Below are positions 10,195 to 20,100 of a DNA stretch of 55,201 nt, one piece after another. The position numbers and the translations under genes are program-made. The DNA is from Marinilabiliales bacterium (GTDB lineage Bacteria; Bacteroidota; Bacteroidia; Bacteroidales; DTU049): positions 1 through 55,201 of the forward strand of contig PKSX01000200.1 in assembly GCA_002869435.1 (NCBI GenBank), read 5' to 3'. The stretch's first letter is position 1. The number at the start of each line of letters is the position of its first letter. The notes below the pieces were generated by a model. It saw only the letters and a list, made by a program, of their open reading frames with translations. It searched no databases and was not told where the DNA came from.

Positions 10195-10299
10195 CACGAA
10201 GGGCACAGAGAACACTAAGTATTAAGAGCACAAAGAATAAATCTGCGGGTCTCGCTATTTAACCGCAAAAGACGCAAAGTTGGCGCTGAGGGCGCTGAG
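10195..10299. repeat. Degenerate 9-nt-period repeat tract in the crcB upstream region
   Basis: cacgaaggg/cacagagaa/cactaagta/(ttaagag)/cacaaagaa at 10195-10237. Then cgcaaaaga/cgcaaagtt/ggcgctgag/ggcgctgag at 10264-10299, with the last two units identical. Confidence 0.55.
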
Positions 10300-10368
10300 A
10301 AAAGAACCATACTTTCCACCTGCGACCTTCCACATTCCACTAAACTCTATTTTTCCTACATTTGCTCT

Positions 10369-10749
10369 ATGGCAATAAAAATTCTTGCGGTTTTTCTGGG
10401 AGGGGCTTTTGGTAGTGTCGGCCGTTTTGGTGTTTATTTCCTCTTGGAACAAAAATACCATTTGCATAAATTTTGGGCTACACTCAGCGTAAATATTTTA
10501 GGCAGTTTCCTTATTGGAATTGTATGGGCCATTCTTTCAGGATATAAAAATGCTACCACTTGGCAATTGTTACTTATGACCGGCTTTTTGGGCGGTTTTA
10601 CCACCTTCTCGGCCTTTTCCCTCGATGTGCTCGATCTTTTTCGTGGCGGAGAAATAAAACAAGCTGTATTTTACGTGGCTGCTAGCCTCATCGGATCACT
10701 TGTGATGATTTTTTGTGCCTATTATTTGGTGAAGTGGATTAGAGGTTAG
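10369..10749 (+). CDS. crcB: Fluoride ion channel CrcB/FluC
   Basis: 126 aa with four hydrophobic helices. Motifs are GGAFGSVGRF and GFLGGFTTFSAF. Confidence 0.9.
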   Translation: MAIKILAVFLGGAFGSVGRFGVYFLLEQKYHLHKFWATLSVNILGSFLIGIVWAILSGYKNATTWQLLLMTGFLGGFTTFSAFSLDVLDLFRGGEIKQAVFYVAASLIGSLVMIFCAYYLVKWIRG

Positions 10750-10884
10750 TTTTTATATCTGCTATTATATTATTAACACCTGCATGATTATATTTTTTCA
10801 GCGTATTTACATAATATGTTAAAAATGAACAACAGAATACTGAGAACCAAAAAAATCGTATTTTTACCCTGAAGACTTGTTCAA

Positions 10885-12423
10885 ATGAAATTCTGGCCTC
10901 TCATCATACTCCTTTTTGCAATCCTACCCCTTCGGGCGCAGGTTTTTACTACTGAGGCTGATCGGGATCTTATTCCTGTAAAAACAGATACAATTACTCC
11001 GTCAATGATTCCCGGAATCTACCCACAGATTCAAAATAAAACGTATAAATTCGACTATGTTGATTCCTGGATTAAGCGTAAACTGATCTGGGAAAACCTT
11101 TTCATGTGGAACACTGACAAAGGTAATATATACATAGATCCTGTTATAGACTTAAGCTTCGGCAAGGAAGGCGACAGGACGCTCAGTCAAAACACACGCG
11201 GAGTAATTGTAAACGGCCAGATTGAAGATAAATTTACTTTCCGTACGGAATTTTACGAAAATCAGGCGGTTTTACCCGAATATGTCTCCAACAGGGTGGA
11301 TTCTTTCGAAATTATGCCGGGCTTGGTTCGTGCAAAACCCTTTGGTGATAATGGTTTCGACTATGGAATGGTGTTCAGCCAGTTTATGTGGCAACCCACT
11401 GATCATTATGCCATGCGATTTGGGTACGACAGGCTCCATATCGGAGAAGGATACAGATCTTTCGTTCTTTCTGATGCGTCGCACGCCTATACATTTATGA
11501 GTCATCATTATACCCATGGAAACTGGGCCCTGACTCATATGATCGCTTCCCTCCGAAACCCGGACGTAAATGGTTTTAATCATGTTCCACGTGCAGAATC
11601 AGGAGCATACCAGCCAAAATGGTTTGCCATGACAATGGCAAACTGGAATCCAACCGATTTTTTGAACATTTCATTGGCAGAAAACACCATTTTTATGCCC
11701 TGGGACAGCACAAAAAGCACATTCTACCCTGCCTCCCTTGTGCCAGTGCCTTTCTTAAGAAGCCTTTTATACGAAAACAATGGTCCACATCATGTAATCA
11801 ACACATTATTAATAAACGCGCGAATACTTCCGGATATATATTTGTACGGGCAGTTCATGGGTGACGAAATTCGGCTAGGAAAACTCAAAGAGTACGATGG
11901 TTTGCAGGGTGCGATGCAGTTTGGAATTAAATGGGAAAAGCGGTATCTGGTATTAAAGAATTTTGTTCAGTTTGAATATAATGTAGCTACGGATAATGCC
12001 TATACATCTGATTCTTACTGGACAGCCATGACAAATATGGATCAGCCGCTTGGCCACCCATACGGCCAACAGTTTTCAGAATGGGTTTTCCGCGGGCAAA
12101 TTGCATTGGGAAGAATTGTAGGTAATGTTCATTTTTCTCAATTGAAAGGATTATATCTGCCCTACGGTGACAGTTATTATGGTATAGACTACGATGCCGG
12201 CGATGCAAGTGGGATTTTTGGTCCGTTTTTCGAACCCTCAACGGTTACGCATATTCGTGGTGAACTGGCTTATGTAGTTAATTTTCAGACGAATTTACAG
12301 GTTTTTGGCAGCTTTGCCATGAGGAATTATCAGTCAGCATTACCCGTAGATGCAGTTAAAAGCACAGCCATATTATTTGGCCTCCGCCATAAAATCAGAA
12401 ACCGCAATTACGACTATTTCTAA
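10885..12423 (+). CDS. Secreted outer-membrane beta-barrel-type protein, Wzi/RemB-like (tentative), paralog 1
   Basis: Signal peptide MKFWPLIILLFAILPLRAQ. Shares the motif GEGYRSFVLSD with the next gene. The C-terminus ends in aromatic ...YDYF. Confidence 0.55.
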   Translation: MKFWPLIILLFAILPLRAQVFTTEADRDLIPVKTDTITPSMIPGIYPQIQNKTYKFDYVDSWIKRKLIWENLFMWNTDKGNIYIDPVIDLSFGKEGDRTLSQNTRGVIVNGQIEDKFTFRTEFYENQAVLPEYVSNRVDSFEIMPGLVRAKPFGDNGFDYGMVFSQFMWQPTDHYAMRFGYDRLHIGEGYRSFVLSDASHAYTFMSHHYTHGNWALTHMIASLRNPDVNGFNHVPRAESGAYQPKWFAMTMANWNPTDFLNISLAENTIFMPWDSTKSTFYPASLVPVPFLRSLLYENNGPHHVINTLLINARILPDIYLYGQFMGDEIRLGKLKEYDGLQGAMQFGIKWEKRYLVLKNFVQFEYNVATDNAYTSDSYWTAMTNMDQPLGHPYGQQFSEWVFRGQIALGRIVGNVHFSQLKGLYLPYGDSYYGIDYDAGDASGIFGPFFEPSTVTHIRGELAYVVNFQTNLQVFGSFAMRNYQSALPVDAVKSTAILFGLRHKIRNRNYDYF

Positions 12424-13943
12424 TGAGAATTTTCATTACCATATTGCTAGTGTCTCTATCTCAGGTATTTGCCCAGAGCTATTTTCCGCTTCTGGCGCCT
12501 GAAATGATGGCTTCTGATTCGGCCTCTCACAGCTCTTTGAGGATTTTTAACGAAGAGATCCCCGAAAACTTATCTTTCTCATGGCAAAATAAATCACTAT
12601 TAGTTGCGCCCCTTCTTGAAAGTACGGCATATGGTGAATTATCTGAAAGTGAATTTCCATATAATATTAATGCTGGTTTTGGACTGTTCTGTTCTCCAAT
12701 TAAAAAGCTTAATATTACAGCCTCACTGCTTGGGGGCGTTCTCGATTTCCCCACTTATATTGCTAATCAATACGATACATCAGCATATTTCCCGGGAACT
12801 ACAAATTTGCTTCAAAGCACAGATCATTCATCATTATTATCACCTACTATAGATATTTCTTATCAAATTTCTGATGTATTTAGTGTTCATACAGGAAACA
12901 GCAAAGTCTTTTTGGGAGAGGGATACCGGTCATTATTCTTGAGTGATCAGGGCGCTAATGCGCCACACCTTAGTCTGAAAATGGACTTGGGAAAAGTGCA
13001 ATATTTATATCGGCTTCAGGCAGAACAACAGGATTATACCGGGTTTGGTCAAAAAAAATATTCTGCATTTCATTATTTAAGCTGGAATTTCCTCAAAAGA
13101 TGGAATATTTCATTATTTGAAGCTGTTACCTGGCAAAATGCTGATTCAATACGCCCCAGAGGGATGGAATGGACTTATTTAAATCCAGTTTTATTTTTCA
13201 GACCGGCAGAATTTGCCATTGGATCTCCCGATAATATGTTGGTGGGAGGAGGCATTTCATATCGATTTGGTAAAAAAACAACAGTATATACACAAGTATT
13301 GCTCGATGAATTTTTTATTGATGAATGGAAAAACTGGATTAAACACTCTTTGCACCCAAATGATACTACAGTCCCATATGGTGCATGGGTAAACAAACAA
13401 GCTTTTCAGCTAGGTATTAAATCGTTTGATATAGCCGGACTTGAAGGTTTATCTGCTATAGGTGAGTTTAATTTCGTGAGACCGTACACCTATTCGCATG
13501 TAAATCCACTTAACAGCTATTCGCATAATAATCAACCACTTGCACACCCCTTTGGGGCAAATTTTTTCGAAGTTCTTCTTCGCTTTGATTACCAAAACGA
13601 TAAATGGCACTTCATTTCACATAGTTTCTTCAAAAGAACCGGCTATGATACTCCTGTATCACATTACGGGCAAAATATATTATTAAGCACTTTTGATTCT
13701 CCACGTGGAAACAATATTCCGGTAGCATATTATGGAAATGTAGTCGGACAAGGAATACCTGTAAGAGTATTACATAACAGTATTGAGGTCAGATATAAAT
13801 TATATCTGTCTGAGAATCCAGTATGGCTTAGAGTGGGAACAACATTAAGATCTGAGAATATTCAGGACGTAAAAAACTCATATTTAAGCATTTTCTTAGG
13901 AATACTACTAAATATGCAAGGTAAAGAGTATTTACAACGATAA
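12423..13943 (+). CDS. Secreted outer-membrane beta-barrel-type protein, Wzi/RemB-like (tentative), paralog 2
   Basis: Signal peptide MRIFITILLVSLSQVFAQ and motif GEGYRSLFLSDQGANAPHLSL. The start overlaps the upstream stop by 1 nt (TAATG at 12421-12425). Confidence 0.55.
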   Translation: MRIFITILLVSLSQVFAQSYFPLLAPEMMASDSASHSSLRIFNEEIPENLSFSWQNKSLLVAPLLESTAYGELSESEFPYNINAGFGLFCSPIKKLNITASLLGGVLDFPTYIANQYDTSAYFPGTTNLLQSTDHSSLLSPTIDISYQISDVFSVHTGNSKVFLGEGYRSLFLSDQGANAPHLSLKMDLGKVQYLYRLQAEQQDYTGFGQKKYSAFHYLSWNFLKRWNISLFEAVTWQNADSIRPRGMEWTYLNPVLFFRPAEFAIGSPDNMLVGGGISYRFGKKTTVYTQVLLDEFFIDEWKNWIKHSLHPNDTTVPYGAWVNKQAFQLGIKSFDIAGLEGLSAIGEFNFVRPYTYSHVNPLNSYSHNNQPLAHPFGANFFEVLLRFDYQNDKWHFISHSFFKRTGYDTPVSHYGQNILLSTFDSPRGNNIPVAYYGNVVGQGIPVRVLHNSIEVRYKLYLSENPVWLRVGTTLRSENIQDVKNSYLSIFLGILLNMQGKEYLQR

Positions 13944-13951
13944 AATCACTC

Positions 13952-14180
13952 TTAAAACGGAATAAATTTCATAATCATCCATTGTGTATTAATTTTCTTT
14001 TTCCCTTTATGGTATTTAAGCTTGAATTTGATTTCACGACACCAAATTTTTCCATTTGCAAGGTCTTCGAAATTATAATGCCCCTCATGGCGTAAAAATT
14101 CATTTTGGCTGAAAGAAAATAACGGAATAATAAAAACAATTAATCCTGATTTTTTTATGTCGCAATTTTTTATAAAACAT
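13952..14180 (-). pseudogene. Small secreted protein gene split by a frameshift in an A7 homopolymer (75 aa if repaired)
   Basis: The ATG at 14180 gives MFYKKLRHKK and then goes out of frame. The adjacent frame reads KKSGLIVFIIPLFSFSQNEFLRHEGHYNFEDLANGKIWCREIKFKLKYHKGKKKINTQWMIMKFIPF* with a TAA at 13952-13954 and no ATG/GTG/TTG start. The two frames meet in the T7 run at 14150-14156 (+ strand). Confidence 0.4.
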
Positions 14181-14364
14181 ACGAAATTTCATAATTCAAT
14201 TTATAAACCCTGAAAACATAGATTAATAAAGGGATACAGAGGCAGCCCTCATAGGCGCCCGCTGATAATATATCTCACCCTAAGCATACATGTTTCTTGT
14301 CAAACACAAAAGTGCGCTTAAAATGGCTTAAATTGAGCCGCCAAGCCACCAGTCTGATAAACAG

Positions 14365-15105
14365 CTACTTAGATTTAATTTGTCCCAAAATTACTGCAAT
14401 ATCTGCCGGAGAAACACCCGATATTCTCGATGCCTGTGCCAGGTTTTCCGGTTTTATTTTTGATAGTTTTTCTCTGGCTTCGTATGAAATATTACCCAGT
14501 GAAAAATAGTCCAAATCTATTGGTAATTTAATTGAATCAAATTTATCGAGCTTACCGGCAAATTCCCTTTCCCGCTCAATATAATTTTTATATTTTAACT
14601 CAATTTCAAGTGTATCTAAAAACTCAAAATTTTCAGCATTAAATATCTCTGATGGTGTGTTAATTTGATTGAGTAAATCTTTAAGTGATATTTCAGGTCG
14701 TACTATTAAATTGATTATCCTTTGTTTTTGTTTTATTTCAGCGCTTTCTATCCCTGAAAGATAATTATTAATATCGCTGGGTTCTATACTCGTATTATTT
14801 AAAAATTTTGTTGCAGCAGTAATAAATTCTGCTTTCCTTTCTGCTCTTTTGATTTGCTCGTATTCCAGAAGATTGAATTTTTTGCCATATTCTAACAAGC
14901 GTAAATCAGCGTTATCCTGCCTTAATAACAAGCGGTATTCAGCCCTTGAAGTAAACATCCGATATGGTTCATCTACGCCCTTTGTAACAAGATCATCAAC
15001 TAGAACTCCAATATATGCCTCTGAGCGACCCAGGACAAGGCTTTCCATATTATATATTTTTCTATGTGCGTTTATTCCTGCTATGAGCCCCTGTGCTGCA
15101 GCCTC
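14365..15105 (-). pseudogene. mnmG: mnmG (gidA) C-terminal portion, in frame with and downstream of a premature TAA
   Basis: Immediately after the TAA, the same frame reads EAAAQGLIAGINAHRKIYNMESLVLGRSEAYIGVLVDDLVTKGVDEPYRMFTSRAEYRLLLRQDNADLRL. The ORF track lists only 14365..15048, starting from an internal Met. Confidence 0.85.
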
Positions 15106-16236
15106 TTAATAGCCGGTAGTTCCGTTAACCTGTCCGGCAAAAAACAGGTTCTCAATTTTTTTCGACATCAAGTCGGGATGTAACTGAGTAGGAGGAAAAT
15201 AATCGTATTCAATAGCATAACCGGGCTGCATAATAATTGCGTTTTCAAAACCGGGAATACTCTTCAAAGCTTTGTATTGCACATCAAGAGGTAAAGATGA
15301 GCTAAAACCATTTATATAATATTCATATGTATTCCAACCTTCAGGTTCTACAAAAAGCTGATGTTTATTTTTATCTGAAAACCGTTCTATTTTATCTTCT
15401 ATAGACGGACAGTATCTGGGACCTGTTCCATGAATTACACCTGTAAACAATGGCGAAAGATCAAATCCTGTACGCAAAATATCATGTACATATTCATTGG
15501 TATATGCAAGCCAGCAAGATCGTTGTTCCTTCAACGGCTCAGTGTTTCCAAAAGAGAATTTTGCGGGTTGTTCATCTCCTGGTTGCTCAATGAGTACTGA
15601 AAAATCAATACTTCTTCCATCGACGCGAACAGGTGTTCCTGTTTTTAACTTATCCGATACAATTCCATAATTTTTAAGTTGACTGGTAAGACCTTTTGCT
15701 GCGGGCTCCCCGATCCTTCCCCCCTCAACAATATGCTGACCAATATATATTTTTCCATCAAGAAAAGTACCTGCTGTAATAACCACTGCCCTTGCCTTAA
15801 TTGTTAAGCCTAGTTTGGTTTGCAATGATGCAATTTTATTATTTTCCACTTCAATACCAATCACTTCATCTCTCCATAAGTCGAGGTTATCAATACCTTC
15901 AAGAATACTACGCCACTCAATACTATATAAAACCCGGTCATTTTGTGTTCGCGGACTCCACATGGCAGGCCCTTTCGACCTGTTCAACATTCGAAATTGT
16001 ATCATGCTCCTATCGGCCACAACACCCGTAAAACCACCCAATGCATCAATTTCCCTAACAATTTGACCTTTGGCAATACCCCCAATAGACGGATTACATG
16101 ATAATCTAGCCAATGCACTTAAGTCTTGTGAGACCAATAAAGTTTTAGACCCCTGTTTTGCTGCTGCTGCTGCTGCCTCACAACCGGCATGGCCTCCACC
16201 CACCACTATTATATCATATTTCTGAAAAATGTCCAT
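15106..16236 (-). pseudogene. mnmG: mnmG (gidA) N-terminal 376 codons ending at an in-frame TAA (15106-15108)
   Basis: FAD-binding start MDIFQKYDIIVVGGGHAGCEAA, ending ...FFAGQVNGTTGY*. Canonical MnmG continues GYEEAAAQG. Confidence 0.85.
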
Positions 16237-16252
16237 TGTTCCACGTGAAACA

Positions 16253-16675
16253 CTAAATTAAACCAAGGTAATAATCTTCCTTTTCCCGCATTATAAGACG
16301 CATCTCGTCACTTTTATCATCCAGCCCACACAGATGCAATACTCCATGAATAATATATCTTTCAAGCTCATTTATTGCTGAAGTCTTATATTCATCTGCA
16401 TTTTCCCGACACCGATTTCCGCTAATAAAAAGATCGCCGGCCAGAATTTTATCTTCTGAATAATCAAAGGTAATAATATCTGTATAATACTCATGCTTCA
16501 GAAACTGTTGATTCATTTCGAGCAGTTCTTCTTCGTTTATTACGGTTGTTTGAATTTTAGAAGCCTTAAAATGAAAATCATCTGCCAGTTTCACGAGCAG
16601 ATGTCTCATATCGTTTTTATTAAAATCAGGAAAAAATTTGTGCGGATCCAAATACTCAAAAAAGAGTTCTGTCAT
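16253..16675 (-). CDS. ybeY: rRNA maturation endoribonuclease YbeY
   Basis: Zinc motif HGVLHLCGLDD in a 140-aa protein. Confidence 0.9.
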   Translation of the reverse strand: MTELFFEYLDPHKFFPDFNKNDMRHLLVKLADDFHFKASKIQTTVINEEELLEMNQQFLKHEYYTDIITFDYSEDKILAGDLFISGNRCRENADEYKTSAINELERYIIHGVLHLCGLDDKSDEMRLIMREKEDYYLGLI

Positions 16676-17139
16676 TATACTTTCTTTTTAAGCTTTACAT
16701 CAGACTGCTCTAATGCAGCACTTCGCTTTGTTGCCAGGCCTTCATTGAAAGACGCAGTGTTAAAGCGCATTTCAATGCAGCGACCGCCATCGCTGAAATC
16801 AATACCATCACTTGCATGTTTAATCATCATTAGGCCATTGCCCTGAATCTTTGATTCATCCTTAAGGAAATCTGCATCAAAACCATATCCTTCATCGCAC
16901 ATTACAAAGATCATTTCTTTGTTGCTCATATAAAAATCGAGCTTAATGCGCTTGCTCTCATCATTTTTATTGCCATGAACAAGAGCATTATTAAACGCTT
17001 CACTCAAAGAAACAAGAATGTTTGCAAAATAAGTATTGCCAATATTATATTCATCTGCAATTCTCTCTGCAAACTGTTCGATTTTATGAACTTCCTCCTG
17101 GCGGGTTTTGAGTAAAACTGTTTCAATCAAACGCTTCAT
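16675..17139 (-). CDS. Stand-alone GHKL ATPase, RsbW/anti-sigma-factor-kinase-like
   Basis: N-box-like SLSEAFNNALVHGN and G1-like MCDEGYGFD in a 154-aa protein. Its stop overlaps the ybeY start by 1 nt (TAATG). Confidence 0.6.
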   Translation of the reverse strand: MKRLIETVLLKTRQEEVHKIEQFAERIADEYNIGNTYFANILVSLSEAFNNALVHGNKNDESKRIKLDFYMSNKEMIFVMCDEGYGFDADFLKDESKIQGNGLMMIKHASDGIDFSDGGRCIEMRFNTASFNEGLATKRSAALEQSDVKLKKKV

Positions 17140-17140
17140 T

Positions 17141-20100
17141 TCATTTCAGTTTATACAGATATTCCGATACCTTTTGTTTGTAAAATGGGTTTAAGTTCGG
17201 CGGAACCGTTTTAAGTAATTCCATTCCGCTCCTCCTTTTAAGACTGTTATACTTAAAAAACTGCACAGGGTTACCATTATTTATGAAATTTGCTTCATTA
17301 CTTTCGCGCTTCTGGTCTAAATCCCGCTCCATCTCTGCTTTTTCAGATTCTAACAATCTTGTTAAAATTTCACGCTGTCTCTGAAGAGTTTCCTGAGTCA
17401 ATTTCTTATTCACCAAATCAACCTCGGTTTTTTCCATATCATCTATGGCTTTGTTGAGGGGAGTACCACTACCGGCTTCCTCACTATTTAGCTGTTGCTG
17501 ATATTCCTGCAAAGCCTTTCTGATCATTTCTTGCTGCGCAGCCATTTTTGCAAGCTGTTCACTCATACCCGGCATATTTCCTTTGCCTTCCTGCATTTGT
17601 TTTTGCAAGGCCTCCATTTGTTGATTGAGTTGTTCCTGCAATTGTCTTAATGTTTTGGCACTTGGTTTTTCTCCCGGCTTTTCTCCCGACTTAGGACCGG
17701 GGTTATTTCCAGCTTTTTTACATTGTGAATCACCCTTTTGATTCATTTGTTGATTCATGGCATTTTGCATTTGTTTTAATGCTTCAGCAAGCAATAAAGC
17801 CAGATTATTCATTGACATTAGCGAATACTGTTGCTCAGAAGCTGCTTTAACCGTGTGCCTGCGTCCAAGACTTTCCATTACATTTTCGCCATGATACATG
17901 ATTTTATTCAATTCTTCATTGATCACATTTTTTATCATGGGTTGGCGCTTACCTATCGCTATCAGACTGTCTCGTATAACCTGAAAATTATTATTGATTT
18001 GTTTTTGCCTTCTTATTAATTCCAGGTATTTTGGATCTGAAAATCGTGTTTTCATAAGAGTTTTCATAAGAGCCTCCTGATCAAAACTGGTTTGAATTAA
18101 ATTCTCCAAAATTTCACGAACAGAACCAATGTCTTCTCCCAGGCTTTCTTGTGCCATCATATCCATCATCGACTCTAAATCCTCAGCCAGTTGTTTCATT
18201 TGCTCGCCTGCGCTTTGCTGAGACTGACTTCCTTTCTTATCCTTTCCTTTTTGTAATTGTTCAGATGCCTTTTGCAGGGTGCTGTCAATAGCATCCATTC
18301 TTTCATCCAAGTTTTCCAGATTGAATGGATCCTGTAAATCATCATTCATTTCTGTAATACTGTCAACGGCCTCTTTTAATTTTTCAAAGTCCTTATTCAG
18401 CTCTTCCTGAACATCTGCCCTATTCTCTTTGTCATCCGACCGGCTTTCTTCAATTTCCTTATCCCCAAGCTCATTCAAATCATCTACAAGTTCGTTCAAC
18501 TCCTTTTCAACTTTGATATGTTTGTATAGCTCAAGTGTACGATCCATATTCTGAAGTAAATCTTCATTGTCCTGTTGCATTTCCTGAAGATTGTTTTTGA
18601 GCTCCTGATCATTCAATTTCATCAACTCTTCGAGTTGCTCGAGAAGTTCACGCATCTCATCTGTCATTATATCTTCCATTAATTCGTTGATTTGCTGCTG
18701 CTTCTCATAAATTTCCTCATTATAATTACCCAGTTGCTTCTCGAGATGCATTTGGCTCTGGTTTTCACGATTTAACTGATCCAGGCGCTCTTCAATATCT
18801 TTTTCCTTGTCCAAAACATTCTGTATGCGCTCTTTCTCTTCCCAATTTAGTTTATTCTTATATTTTAAATCATTAAGCAATTTTTCCATCTCCTCTTGCA
18901 CCGATGCTGCATCGTTATACAATTGTGATAATTCATTTTCAATGTAATCGGATTTTTCATCCAGATAAGAATCTATTTCATCTTCATCGGGCATATTAAA
19001 CACAAATACCCGGCTTTTCGATGATTTGGCACCACTAACTGCATCATTATCGTAAACCCTGAAATAATACTCAAGTCTGTCGCCCGGCTTCAAACCAAGA
19101 ACTGAAAAATCGAATGCATTATAAAATTCCTGTTCATTATACATTGGATCAATAGCAATGCTAATTAAAGAGTCGCGTTGAAAATTCTCCCTTGTGAGGC
19201 GATACACAAACTCAAGTTTAGATAAACCATAATCGTCTGAAATACTACCAGTAAAGTATCTAAACATTAATGCCAGTGAATCAATGTTTTCTTCTACATG
19301 AATTTTTGGATACTCATCAGGAATTACATCAATTAAAAAGTCAAGTGAATCTGACGCCGCTATTCTGTTATTGCTTGTATACATTGTAATCGATGTAGTT
19401 TGTAGAAAACCACGGGCAATCATCCAGTATCTGTCGCTTTTTGTTACCGGCCACTGAACGGAGTCCGAAAAGACATGTAATTTTTCCGCATCCCTTGTCA
19501 ATACTGAAATTGTGATGTTTGTTCCACGTGGAACTACGAGCTGGGAAACATTACTGAAAATCTCTTGTTGTTTACCGGTATAAGATGGATAATCACATTT
19601 TAGGTTGTATTGAACAATTACAGGCTTCTTATACACATCTATCTTATAATTATCGGAATAAAATCCATCTGCCATTAATTTGAAACTGACATCGTCTTTT
19701 ATATTGGCAAACCTGTATACAAAAACATTCTTTTCTATAGCAGACATTCTTTTCTGAACCGAGTTAATTTCAATAAACAAGTCTTCGGGAATTTCATCAC
19801 CATTCATACGAACCCTGAGTTCAAAATCACTGTTTTGCGGAACAGACATATTCTGGTTTAATATCTCAAATTCAAATGGAGCCGGTTTGGTATACTCCTG
19901 TGTAAAATGACTGATGCGATTTAAGGGATCTATCAACACATCAGGTACTGAAAAGCTCATAATCAGGAAGAGAATTACCGGTCCGAACAGATATGGCATT
20001 CTTCTTAGTGTTTTTTTTCTATCTAATGCGAATCGGAAATCCTTAAGTCTGATTTGTGAAATTTTTTGCTGAATACTTGCCAGAATAAGATCTCTGCTAT

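Noticed and set aside
10190-10368. Fluoride (crcB-motif) riboswitch upstream of crcB
   Set aside because: I could not find the conserved core (GGnGAUG, AACCGCC, CUGAUGA..CCUAC) by eye. Only isolated fragments are present. It is reported as an absence to be verified with a covariance model.
10255-10467. 70-aa minus-strand ORF overlapping the crcB start
   Set aside because: It is a translation of the 9-nt repeat tract (…SALSANFASFAVK) and it overlaps the well-supported crcB gene.
14225-14364. SRP RNA, RNase P RNA, tmRNA or a known riboswitch in the GC-rich spacer
   Set aside because: None of the signature sequences I know are present (the SRP GGAA-tetraloop domain IV, RNase P GAGGAAAGUCC, tmRNA ends, the B12 box, the TPP CUGAGA). 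It is kept only as an unexplained patch in the findings.
15049-15108. Possible stop-codon reassignment (TAA read as an amino acid) to explain the in-frame TAA in mnmG
   Set aside because: TAA terminates many neighbouring genes at homology-consistent ends (for example 3321-3323, 8514-8516, 12421-12423). TGA (10187-10189) and TAG (10747-10749) are also used as ordinary stops. A single substitution, error or polymorphism is far more parsimonious.
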